Source: Planctomycetota bacterium (lineage in GTDB: Bacteria; Planctomycetota; Planctomycetia; Pirellulales; Lacipirellulaceae). Taken from it: DNA of 31,273 bases. The position numbers and the translations under genes are program-made. The stretch covers positions 1 to 31,273 of the forward strand of contig JBCCQL010000001.1 of the NCBI GenBank assembly GCA_039024355.1. Direction: 5' to 3'. How positions within the stretch are numbered: the first letter of the stretch is position 1; every line of letters begins with the position of its first letter. The notes below the pieces were generated by a model. That model had not been told where the DNA came from. It made no database searches and saw nothing but the letters and a program-made list of their open reading frames with translations. This document shows, in pieces, positions 18,074-27,534 of this stretch.

Positions 18074-19855
18074 ATGAACGTGACCAGGAAAGGCGCCGGC
18101 TGCTTGACGCTGTTCGGCCTGCCGTTCGCGGGCATTGGCCTGTACATGGCGTGGTCGCTCGTGGCCACGGTAGGCGAGTACTACGACGCCCGCTCGTGGG
18201 TCGCGGCGCCGGCCGCCATCGAGTCGACCGCCATCGAGAGACGCAGCGGCGACGGCGGCGACAGCTACGAAGTGGTCGCCGCCTACCGCTACGAATACGG
18301 CGGCAAGCAATACCGGGGCGACCGCGTCGGCTTCGCTACCGGCATGCAAGGCGAGCGGTACAACCGGGCGAAGCACCGCCAGCTGAAGAAGCTCCGCGAG
18401 TCGGGCGAGCCGGCCACCTGCTACGTCGACCCGGACGACCCCCGGCGTGCGGTGCTCGACCGCGGGCTGCGGCCAACGGTCGTGCTCTTCTACCTGCCGT
18501 TTGTGATCTGCTTCGGCCTATTCGGCATCGGCCTGATCGGCGGGGCGTGGTACGGCGCGTTTCGGGAAGCCAAGCTCACGCGGCTGCGGGCCCAGCACGC
18601 CGACGAGCCCTGGCGGGTGCGAGACGACTGGGCCGCGGGGGAGATCTCCTCACGCGGGCCGGCGGCCCTGGCCATGCCGATTGCGATGGCCGTCTTCTGG
18701 AACGGCCTATCGATGCCCGTCTTTGCGATGGTGTGCCTCAACGGCGAGGAGGCCTGGGTCGTCGCGCTGGTGAGCCTGTTCCCGCTGATCGGCCTCGGCC
18801 TGATCGCCTCGCCGTTGGTTGGGCTGTGGCGCTGGCTACGCTACGGACGCTCCACCCTGCGGCTGGCCAAGACCCCGGGCGTGGTGGGCGGTGAGCTGGC
18901 CGGCGTCGTCCTGGCCCCGCCCGGCCTGCCGGCGGAAGCCGAGTACCGCGTCCGCCTCGCCTGCCTGCGAACCGTTGTCGGCAGCGACTCCGACGGCGAT
19001 GAGACCACAACCCTGCAGACCGACTGGGAGGACGAGCGTGTCGTCGAGCGGACGCTGGCCGACCCCAGCGGCAAGCGGGGCGTGCCGATCCGCTTCGTCA
19101 TCCCTTCCGACGCCAAACCAACGGACGACGGCTTGTGGGAAAAGGGGCTCGACCTGCCCATCCTGTGGCGGCTTACAGTAAAGAGCCAATCGGCCGGGCT
19201 CAACCACAAAGCAAACGGGTACGAGGCAGAGTTCGACGTCCCCGTCTTCTTGACCGAGGAATCGCAGGACGGCGTCGAGGCCGACTCTGCGCCGCTCACC
19301 GAGTACGAACGCGAGGAAACGCTCGCCGAGCTGCTGGCGCTGGAGGGCATCCGCTTCACCGACCTCGGCGACGGGTTTGAACTCGTCTGCCCTGCGGGGC
19401 GGTCGCTCGCCTCGGCGGCGATTTCGGGCGCCATTGGGCTCGTGTTCCTGGGCGTCGCGGTGGGCATGGGGCTCTACCTCGACGCATGGGGGAAGTGGAT
19501 CCTCGTCCCCGCGTTTGGGCTGTTCGGCGTGCTGCTCACCGGCCTGGGCCTCGACCTGCTGCTGTACGCGTGCCACCTGCGTGTGGCGGGCGACGATTGG
19601 ACGCTCCGCACCGGGTGGGTCGGCCTGCGTGGCGCCGGCGCCACGTTCGGCAAAGACGAGGTCCGCGGCTTCTCGCGCAAGCAGGGCATGACGAGCACCT
19701 CGAGCGCCGGCCCCAGCAAGAAGTGGAACCACGTGCGGGTCCGCCTGGTCGGCGGGCGTGAGAAGACGGTCGTCCGGAACATCGCTAGCCGGCGTGCCGA
19801 GCGGGCGCTGATCGCCGAGCTGCGGCGCTGGGCAGGTATCGCCGACAAGAGCTAG
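18074..19855 (+). CDS. DUF3592-type multi-pass membrane protein
   Basis: GGAG before ATG 18074. GCLTLFGLPFAGIG TM, Y.Y.YGGKQY.GDR and CYVDPDDP..AVL (DUF3592-like), further TM pairs and soluble domains. Confidence 0.8.
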   Translation: MNVTRKGAGCLTLFGLPFAGIGLYMAWSLVATVGEYYDARSWVAAPAAIESTAIERRSGDGGDSYEVVAAYRYEYGGKQYRGDRVGFATGMQGERYNRAKHRQLKKLRESGEPATCYVDPDDPRRAVLDRGLRPTVVLFYLPFVICFGLFGIGLIGGAWYGAFREAKLTRLRAQHADEPWRVRDDWAAGEISSRGPAALAMPIAMAVFWNGLSMPVFAMVCLNGEEAWVVALVSLFPLIGLGLIASPLVGLWRWLRYGRSTLRLAKTPGVVGGELAGVVLAPPGLPAEAEYRVRLACLRTVVGSDSDGDETTTLQTDWEDERVVERTLADPSGKRGVPIRFVIPSDAKPTDDGLWEKGLDLPILWRLTVKSQSAGLNHKANGYEAEFDVPVFLTEESQDGVEADSAPLTEYEREETLAELLALEGIRFTDLGDGFELVCPAGRSLASAAISGAIGLVFLGVAVGMGLYLDAWGKWILVPAFGLFGVLLTGLGLDLLLYACHLRVAGDDWTLRTGWVGLRGAGATFGKDEVRGFSRKQGMTSTSSAGPSKKWNHVRVRLVGGREKTVVRNIASRRAERALIAELRRWAGIADKS

Positions 19856-19963
19856 GCCGGAGCCAGCAAACGGCGGCCGGGAACGTGGCGCGGGCCGTGT
19901 GGCCGAGTACGATGGGTTGGCCGGACCTTCGCCCATCACCAAGCCCCGCAGAACCGCCCTGCT

Positions 19964-20869
19964 ATGCCGATTGCCCTTCGCTCGTCCTTCTTCGCCGCGG
20001 TCATGCTGTGCGTCTGTTCGGCCGGGCCGCTCTACGCCCAGCTCCGCATCTTGCCGCTGGGCGACTCGATCACGGCCGGCTACACGGACAACCCCAACTG
20101 GACCGTGCCGTTCAACCACGGCTACCGGGGGCCGCTGCACACGCTGCTGACCGAGGCGGGGTACGACTTCGAGTTTGTCGGCGGGTCGCCAGAGCCGGCG
20201 ACCGACGGCACGCCGCTGCTGTTCCTGCCCAACCTGAATGTGGCGGACTGGAGCTTCGGCGGCACGCGGACGCCGGTGAACGACCTGGCGTCGATCGGGC
20301 AAGGCGGGCACCGCGGCTACGGCGGCGCCCAGTCCGCCGGGCTCGTGCCGCTGGTCGAGGGCTGGCTGGCGGAGGACGAGCCCGACATCGTGCTGCTGAT
20401 GATCGGCACGAACGACCGCAACCTGGCGTCGGCCCAGACGCTCATCGGCAGGGTCACCGCCGCCCGGCCCGACGCGCAGCTGATCGTCGCGCAGATCGTG
20501 CCCTACCGGTCGGACTTCACCGACCGCAACGAAGAGGTGCGGGCGTTCAACACCGGCCTGCGCGACCTCGTCATCCCAAGGTTTCAGGCCGCCGGGGCGA
20601 ACGTCACACTGGTTGACCAGTACACCGGCTTCCTGACCGACCCGGACGACCCGACGTCGATCAACGATGCCTTGATGGCCACCGGCAACCACCCGAATAC
20701 CGCGGGCTACAACCAGATGGCCCAGGTCTGGTTCGAGGGCATTACGGCCGTCGCCCAAGTGCCGGAGCCAACCGCCGCCATGCTGCTGCCGGCGGCGGCG
20801 GGCGTGGTGCTGGCCCGGCGGCAGCCGCCGGCTGGCTGGAGTTCGCGTGCCCCAGGGCATGCGGATTAG
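19964..20869 (+). CDS. SGNH/GDSL hydrolase-family PEP-CTERM protein
   Basis: Signal peptide, block I LGDSITAG, block III IGTND, block V GNHPN, C-terminal VPEP-TM-RR. Confidence 0.87.
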   Translation: MPIALRSSFFAAVMLCVCSAGPLYAQLRILPLGDSITAGYTDNPNWTVPFNHGYRGPLHTLLTEAGYDFEFVGGSPEPATDGTPLLFLPNLNVADWSFGGTRTPVNDLASIGQGGHRGYGGAQSAGLVPLVEGWLAEDEPDIVLLMIGTNDRNLASAQTLIGRVTAARPDAQLIVAQIVPYRSDFTDRNEEVRAFNTGLRDLVIPRFQAAGANVTLVDQYTGFLTDPDDPTSINDALMATGNHPNTAGYNQMAQVWFEGITAVAQVPEPTAAMLLPAAAGVVLARRQPPAGWSSRAPGHAD

Positions 20870-20887
20870 GGCGCGTGGTTCCCAAGA

Positions 20888-21006
20888 GCCCGCGGATGGC
20901 GCGAATCGGCGCGAATCTCTGTCTGGTCACTTTTCTGGATCGCTGCGCGAAGCCTAACTTAGGGTCTCCGCGTTTTGATTCGCGCGTATCCGCGCTATTC
21001 GCGGGC
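20888..21006. repeat. REP/REPIN-like inverted repeat, same family as 3683-3852
   Basis: 30-bp arms at 20888-20917 and 20977-21006 (25/30 complementary), 59-nt spacer. The reverse complement of the right arm matches 3683-3711 at 28/29. Confidence 0.85.
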
Positions 21007-21111
21007 AAACAACGCCTTCTCCCCGGCAGCGCTGCCTGAGCCCGGCCTTCTTTCGAGCCGCAGCGGCTTCTGGCGACGCGTTTAGGTCTGTGTGTGTCGC
21101 GAAGCAAATGG

Positions 21112-21140
21112 TTTACACGGCATGCCTGCGGTGCTATGGT
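21112..21140 (+). promoter_or_regulatory. Sigma70-type promoter for the riboswitch operon
   Basis: TTTACA (21112-21117), 17-nt spacer, TATGGT (21135-21140) with an extended -10 TGn. The predicted start near 21147 lies just 5' of the riboswitch P1. Confidence 0.75.
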
Positions 21141-21150
21141 CTACGGCGTT

Positions 21151-21362
21151 GCGTTGGTGGTTGGCCCCGCCGCGTCTGGCGGGCCGACAGAACAGGGAAT
21201 CCGGTGCAAACCCGGAACGGCCCCGCCGCTGTAACCGAGCACAAACGCCCACCCATTCCAGAGCCATTGCCTAGCCGCACTTCCCGCTACGTCAGGGGCG
21301 AGCCGGCACGGTGAGAAGGCGGGGCGGGCCAATCGCTCGGGAGTCAGAAGACCTACCAACGC
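21151..21362 (+). promoter_or_regulatory. Cobalamin (AdoCbl-class) riboswitch
   Basis: AGGGAATCCGGTGCAAACCCGGAACGGCCCCGCCGCTGTAA core, GCCATTG...GAGAAGGC and B12-box AGTCAGAAGACCTACC (21342-21357). P1 GCGTTGGT (21151-21158) pairs with ACCAACGC (21355-21362). Confidence 0.95.
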
Positions 21363-21497
21363 TTGGCCAGCGGCCGGCTTCGAGGGAAAGCCGCCGCCGG
21401 GACTGCCTGAAAAAGGGCGTGAAGCACCTGCGTAGCCGCCTGCGCCGGCCGTGAAACGGTCGGGCAGAGCCCGCGGGGATGCTGCGCACCAAGCGTC

Positions 21498-22370
21498 GTG
21501 GCACGAGCACCATCCCCACGCCCAGCATCCCTACGCCGTGGCAAGGCCTGCGTCGCGCGGCCGCCGGTGTCAACGGGCCCGCGTGGCTTCACGCTGGTCG
21601 AGTTGCTGGTCGTGATCGCCATCATCGGCATGCTGGTCGGCCTGCTGCTGCCCGCGGTGCAGGCCGCCCGCGAGGCCGCCCGCCGCACGGGCTGCGCGAA
21701 CAACCTGAAGCAGATCGGCCTGGCGCTCACCGCGCACCACGACACGCACGGCCGGCTGCCGGTGGGCTGCCTCGAGTTCCGGCGTTTCAACCAGGGCATG
21801 GAGCGGCGGTCGCTGGCGTGGAACATCGCGGTGCTGCCCTGGCTAGAAGAGGCGGCGCTGCACAGCCGGGTCGACCGCACGCAGGCCTTCGACAGCCCGG
21901 CGAACGCCCCCGCGGCCGGCCGAGTGGCGCCGACGTTTGTCTGCCCGTCCAGCACGCGGGGCGCCACGCTCGAGCAGGGCCGGGGGCCCACCGACTACGG
22001 CGGCATCTACGGCGAGCGGATCAACGGCCCCTTCCCCTGCCCCGCCGGCGCCAACCCGCTGCTGTGCCCGCAGGGCGTGCTGATCCACGAGGTCGCCATC
22101 CGGCTGCGGCAGGTTACCGACGGGGCGTCGCACACGCTGGCCGTCGCCGAAGACACGGGCTTCCCCGACGGGCAGTGGATCAACGGCAAGAACCTGTTCG
22201 ACCAGTCGACGGCCGTCAACGCGGCGCCCGCCTTCGAGAACGACATCCGCAGCGAGCACCCCGGCGGCGCGTTGGGGCTAACGCTCGACGGCGCCGTGCG
22301 ATTCTTGCCCGAGGCGATGGACCTCCGGGCGCTGGCGGCCCTGTGCACCCGCGCGGGGGGCGAGCCATGA
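21498..22370 (+). CDS. DUF1559-family prepilin-type protein with H-X9-DG motif
   Basis: RG|[43 protein letters not shown] and C-terminal [12 protein letters not shown]. Start ambiguous (GTG 21498 or GTG 21567; see findings). Confidence 0.93.
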   Translation: MARAPSPRPASLRRGKACVARPPVSTGPRGFTLVELLVVIAIIGMLVGLLLPAVQAAREAARRTGCANNLKQIGLALTAHHDTHGRLPVGCLEFRRFNQGMERRSLAWNIAVLPWLEEAALHSRVDRTQAFDSPANAPAAGRVAPTFVCPSSTRGATLEQGRGPTDYGGIYGERINGPFPCPAGANPLLCPQGVLIHEVAIRLRQVTDGASHTLAVAEDTGFPDGQWINGKNLFDQSTAVNAAPAFENDIRSEHPGGALGLTLDGAVRFLPEAMDLRALAALCTRAGGEP

Positions 22371-23404
22371 CCACACACCACACGCAGTTGCCGGCCCTGC
22401 TGGTGCTGTTGCTGGGCGTGCCCGCGGCCGCGCGGGGCGGGGCGATCGACTTCGAGCAGCCGGCGCTCGGCGCAGCGGTGTTCGAGAACGGTCAGAACTG
22501 GCCCGGCGAGTTCGCCGCCGGCGGCGCCGTGCTGAACAACGCCTACGACACCCGCTTCGGCAGCTGGAGCGGCTGGGCGTTGTCCCGCGCCACCGACACC
22601 ACGACGCCCGGCTTCACCAACCAGTACAGCGCGTGGCCGGGCGGCGGGGCGGTCGGCTCCGTGCAGTACGCCGTGGCGTACAGCGGGGCGGACGTCGGCG
22701 CCGGCGTGGCGCCGGTGATCACGCTGCCGGCCGGCGCCACGCCGGTCTCGGCCGACATCGCCAACACCACCTACGCGGCGCTGAGCATGCAGACGGGCGA
22801 CCAGTTCGCCAAGGCGTTCGGCGGCCCGACGGGTGACGACCCCGACTGGTTCTTGCTGACGATCAACGCCCTGGACGCGGCCGGCGCCACGCTGGCGAGC
22901 CTGCCGTTCTACCTGGCGGACTTCCGCCCGGCCGACAACAGCCAAGACTTCATCCGCGAGGGCTGGACCACGGTCGACCTCTCGCCGCTGGGCCAGCCTG
23001 CGTCTGTGGCGCTCGAGTTCCGGCTCACCTCGTCGGACAACGCCGGCGGCAACGGCATGAACACGCCCGCCTACTTCGCCCTGGACAACCTTGTGCTGCA
23101 GACCACGCCGCCGGGCGACTTCAACGGCGACGGCCTGGTGGACGGCGCCGACTACGCCCTGTGGCGGAACACGGCCGGCCCCGCCGAAGAGCTGGACCTC
23201 TGGCGGGCGAACTTTGGCGCACCCAGCCCGCCCGCTACCGCGCTGGCCGCTGCCGGCGTGCCGGAGCCCGCCGCCGCGTGCGTGCTGCTGGCCAGCCTGG
23301 GGCCCGCCCTGCTGCGGCGACGGCCGATCAACGTCCCCTCGGGCACGCGTCGTACCGACCGGTTCGCTACGGACTCACGTTTTTGCTTTCACACCACCCG
23401 CTGA
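22367..23404 (+). CDS. DUF4465-domain PEP-CTERM protein (candidate cobamide-binding)
   Basis: ATGA overlap with the DUF1559 stop, signal peptide, WSGWALS..TD...FTNQYSA, NTTYA, YLADFR, W..VDL and SSD...[12 protein letters not shown]. Then a [14 protein letters not shown] tail and VPEP-TM-RRR. Confidence 0.88.
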   Translation: MTTHHTQLPALLVLLLGVPAAARGGAIDFEQPALGAAVFENGQNWPGEFAAGGAVLNNAYDTRFGSWSGWALSRATDTTTPGFTNQYSAWPGGGAVGSVQYAVAYSGADVGAGVAPVITLPAGATPVSADIANTTYAALSMQTGDQFAKAFGGPTGDDPDWFLLTINALDAAGATLASLPFYLADFRPADNSQDFIREGWTTVDLSPLGQPASVALEFRLTSSDNAGGNGMNTPAYFALDNLVLQTTPPGDFNGDGLVDGADYALWRNTAGPAEELDLWRANFGAPSPPATALAAAGVPEPAAACVLLASLGPALLRRRPINVPSGTRRTDRFATDSRFCFHTTR

Positions 23405-23427
23405 TCCTCACCACCTGGAGAGACCCG

Positions 23428-24240
23428 ATGAACCGTTTGTTGATTGCTGCCGCTGCCTGCCTGGCCCCCGCCGCCGCCCTGGCGGGCCCGTTCGACGCGA
23501 CCGGCATCGCGTTGGACGACCCCCGCATCGAGCGCTGGGCGACCACCGTGGTCGGCCCCGTCGTGCGTGGCCCCATCGACATCAGCACGCCGGGCTCGCC
23601 GCTGGCGTCGTTCGGCACGGCCGCCGAGGCCATCGGCCCCGCGTCGACCGACCCGACCGCCGTCGTGAGCCTGGGCGACGGCGGCTCGATCACCGTCGGC
23701 TTTTCGGCGCCGATCTTCGACACGCCGGGCCCCGACTTCGCCGTCTTCGAGAACAGCTTCGAGTTTGACGGCCAGGTGTTCGCAGAGCTCGGCTTCGTCG
23801 AGGTCAGCACCAACGGCGTCGACTTCTTCCGCTTCGACGCGGTGTCGCTCACGCAGACCACGACCCAGCTCGGCCCCTTCGACGGCATCGACCCGACCGA
23901 CGTGCAGAACTTGGCCGGGAACCAGCCCGCCGGCGTCGGCACGCTGTTCGACCTGGCGGAGCTGGCGGGCGCCTCGCCGCTGCTGGACGTCAGCAACGTC
24001 AACTTTGTGCGGATCGTAGACGTGGTCGGCTCGATCGACCCGCAGTTCGGCTCGCTCGACTCGGCCGGCACGCTGATCAACGACCCGTTCCCGACCGATT
24101 TCGCGAGCGGCAGCGGCGGCTTCGACCTCGACGCCGTCGCCGTGCTGCGGCCCGTGCCTGAGCCGGCTGCCGGGCTGCTAGCCGCCGTGGGTGTTGTGTG
24201 CGGCTTTGGCGCCCGGCGGGCGCGGCGCCGCACGGCGTAG
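23428..24240 (+). CDS. PEP-CTERM cell-surface protein with BtuH-like domain
   Basis: GGAG before ATG 23428, signal peptide, VSLGDGGSITVGF..PI.D.PGPDFAVFENSF...ELGFVEVS.NG, GFDLDAV and VPEP-TM-RR. The BtuH likeness is from recalled motifs, not a search. Confidence 0.8.
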   Translation: MNRLLIAAAACLAPAAALAGPFDATGIALDDPRIERWATTVVGPVVRGPIDISTPGSPLASFGTAAEAIGPASTDPTAVVSLGDGGSITVGFSAPIFDTPGPDFAVFENSFEFDGQVFAELGFVEVSTNGVDFFRFDAVSLTQTTTQLGPFDGIDPTDVQNLAGNQPAGVGTLFDLAELAGASPLLDVSNVNFVRIVDVVGSIDPQFGSLDSAGTLINDPFPTDFASGSGGFDLDAVAVLRPVPEPAAGLLAAVGVVCGFGARRARRRTA

Positions 24241-25318
<1,078 letters not shown>

Positions 25319-25345
25319 CCGCCTAAACAGTTGGCGGCGGGCGGC

Positions 25346-26269
25346 TCACGCGTGCAGGTCAATCGGCCCGGCCGCCTCGGCAGTGCCGGCGCCGTCGTCG
25401 TTCGGTTCTGCGTCCTCCGGTTGGTGCAGCTTCGGGGGAGGACCGGGCGGCGGCTTTTGGACCGTAGCGAGGTCCAGAAGATTCGCCCCACGCCGTGCTT
25501 TGCTGCGGACGCCCAGCAGCCACACCAGCGTGACGCCCGCCTGCGAGAGATTCCAGCAAAGGGCGTTTATAGGAAACCACCCTTCATCGAAGATTAGGCT
25601 AAGTGCCGCGGTGTAGCCGGCCAGGGCGATCAGCAGCACCACCGCGGCCAAGCGTGCCGACCGGCCGCCGAGCGAGACGATCAGCAGCAAGACGGCGGGG
25701 AAGTACAACTCAACAGCGAGCAGCCACGGCAACACCCCGTATCCTAGCAGCAACCACGAGGCGCCCCGCGCTGCGGCCAGGATGCAGGCCAGCACTATCA
25801 TCAGCACGAGCACCGTCGCCACCTTGAACCGAAAGACTGGCGGTGCGAGGGCATTCCGCGACCGGCGATTCCGCGTCATCACCCGGGTCGCCGCTACCCA
25901 GAGCACCTGCCCACAAAACAACGCGGCGCAAAAGGTGATCCATTGGGCGAGCGGCCGGTCGTCCGCGATGTACCACCCCATCAGCGGCAGGTATCCGGCG
26001 GCAAGCACGGAGCGCGGCAGCCAACCCCGCCGCGCCGACAGCAACCAGATGGCGAGCAGCCCCTGCACGCCGAATACAAAGCCGAGCAAGGCGAAAACGA
26101 ACGCTGGCCAGGCGGCGCCGTGCGTTGACCACGCTGCAAGATCCGGCTTGTTTCCGAACACAGCGGAGCCCACGGCCAGTGTCGCCGCCAGCAGGAAGGG
26201 CAGCAGCGGCCGGCGCCGGAAGCGGCGGGCCAAGAAGCGGCGCCAGAGCTGGGCGGTTTTGTCGAGCAT
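25346..26269 (-). CDS. Hypothetical multi-pass membrane protein
   Basis: About 7-8 hydrophobic helices and an FRFKVATVLVLM segment. Visibly more A/T-ending codons than neighbouring genes. Confidence 0.7.
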   Translation of the reverse strand: MLDKTAQLWRRFLARRFRRRPLLPFLLAATLAVGSAVFGNKPDLAAWSTHGAAWPAFVFALLGFVFGVQGLLAIWLLSARRGWLPRSVLAAGYLPLMGWYIADDRPLAQWITFCAALFCGQVLWVAATRVMTRNRRSRNALAPPVFRFKVATVLVLMIVLACILAAARGASWLLLGYGVLPWLLAVELYFPAVLLLIVSLGGRSARLAAVVLLIALAGYTAALSLIFDEGWFPINALCWNLSQAGVTLVWLLGVRSKARRGANLLDLATVQKPPPGPPPKLHQPEDAEPNDDGAGTAEAAGPIDLHA

Positions 26270-26486
26270 CGAATCGTCGGCACACAGGCGGCGGGCGCGG
26301 CCCGCACCCGCACGCGAGACGAACCGCCCAAAAGTCTACCGCACGTTTCTAGCCGGCGACCAACGCGTCGCCCGGAACCACCAGGCCGCCCCGCCCCGCG
26401 GACCGCCCACGGGCCGCCCCAGACGCAAGATCGTTGCGGCGCCAACCCACGCCAGCAACAATGCTTCCAGCGGCCCGTCCCCCGAC

Positions 26487-26533
26487 CCTCGCCCCCCGCC
26501 CCTCACCCCCAACCCCTCGCCCCCCCCCTCCCC
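26487..26533 (+). repeat. C-rich heptamer-periodic array abutting the aroE-like start codon
   Basis: CCTCGCC CCCCGCC CCTCACC CCCAACC CCTCGCC then a C run, ending at GTG 26534. Confidence 0.75.
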
Positions 26534-27448
26534 GTGCCCAGCTCTTCGATCCTCGAAAAGTGCTGCCTCATCGGCGAGTCGGTCGCCGGCAACCCGACGC
26601 ACTTCATGATCGAGCGGGCGTTCGCCGACGCGGAGCTCGACTGGCGGTTCCTCACCTTCGAGATCGACGCCCGCCGGCTGGGCGAGGCGCTCCGCGGCGT
26701 CGAGGCCCTGGGCATGCACGGCGCCCTGCTCATCGGGCCGCTGCGTGAGGCCGTGGCCGACTGCTTCGACAACCTGACGCAGCGGGCCCGCCGCACCGGC
26801 AGCGTCACCTGCCTGTGCCGCGACGGCGATCAGCTGGTGGCCGACGACCTGATCGGCGCCGCGGCCGTAGCCGCCGTGTCGCACCAGGCGCCCGTGGCCG
26901 GCAGGCACGCGGCGCTGCTGGGCGCGGCGCGGGTAGCGCACTCGCTGGCCGACGCCGTGGCCGCCGCGGGCGTGGCGTCGCTGACCGTGGCGGACCGGCG
27001 CCTAGAGTCCGCCGAGGCCCTGGCCGCCTCGCTCGCCGAGGCCTACCCCGACACGGCCATCGACTGCCTGCCGTGGGAGGACGACCTGCTGGACCTGCCC
27101 GACCGGACCGACCTGATGATCTCCTCGGCCTGCTGGCCGCACACACGCGACGCCCGCACCGCGGAGGCGGTGGCGCCGAGCCTGGCTGCGGGGCTGGCTA
27201 CGGGGTCGGCTACGGGGTCGGCTACGGGGTAGGCTACGGCTCCGGCAACGGGCATGACCGTGGTCGACGCCCGCGTCAGCTCGGCACGCACGCCGCTGCT
27301 GCGCGTGGCGGCCGAGCGGGGCGCGGCCACCATCGACGGGCTCGAGGTCCTGGCCCGCGAGACCGCCATGGCCGTCCAGCAGTGGACCGGCGTGCTGGTA
27401 GACCGTGCGGCGTTGAAGGAGGCCGCCGAGGAGTTCTTGGGCGTGTGA
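26534..27448 (+). pseudogene. aroE: Shikimate dehydrogenase-like gene interrupted by in-frame TAG (27230-27232), with degenerate active site
   Basis: ORFs 26534-27232 and 27254-27448 are in the same frame. Together they give an AroE-like sequence of about 304 codons (CLIG..VAG.P..., LLGA..VA, IDGLEVL). The only interruption is the TAG in a 12-bp repeat. Confidence 0.78.
27196..27253 (+). repeat. 12-bp tandem repeat inside the aroE-like gene
   Basis: GGCTACGGGGTC x2, GGCTACGGGGTA, GGCTACGGCTCC, GGCAACGGGC. Confidence 0.9.
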
Positions 27449-27454
27449 CAGGAC

Positions 27455-27510
27455 TGGCGGCTGGTGATTAGCGGCTGGTGATTGGTGATTCGTGATTGGT
27501 GATTGGCTGT
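27455..27510 (+). repeat. Heptamer array, about 8 units (TGGTGAT family)
   Basis: TGGCGGC TGGTGAT TAGCGGC TGGTGAT TGGTGAT TCGTGAT TGGTGAT TGGCTGT, between the aroE-like stop and the bioD start. Confidence 0.85.
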
Positions 27511-27534
27511 TGCTGGTCGCGGGGGCGTATTCAG

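Noticed and set aside
21479-23404. 641-aa ORF suggesting a long N-terminal fusion to DUF4465
   Set aside because: Residues up to 22366 are an alternate frame over the well-supported DUF1559 gene. The signal peptide and ATGA coupling place the real start at 22367.
27230-27232. Pyrrolysine or programmed amber recoding
   Set aside because: No pyl genes or other in-frame TAGs in the window, and the stop is a one-base variant of a repeat unit. Mutation or error is simpler.
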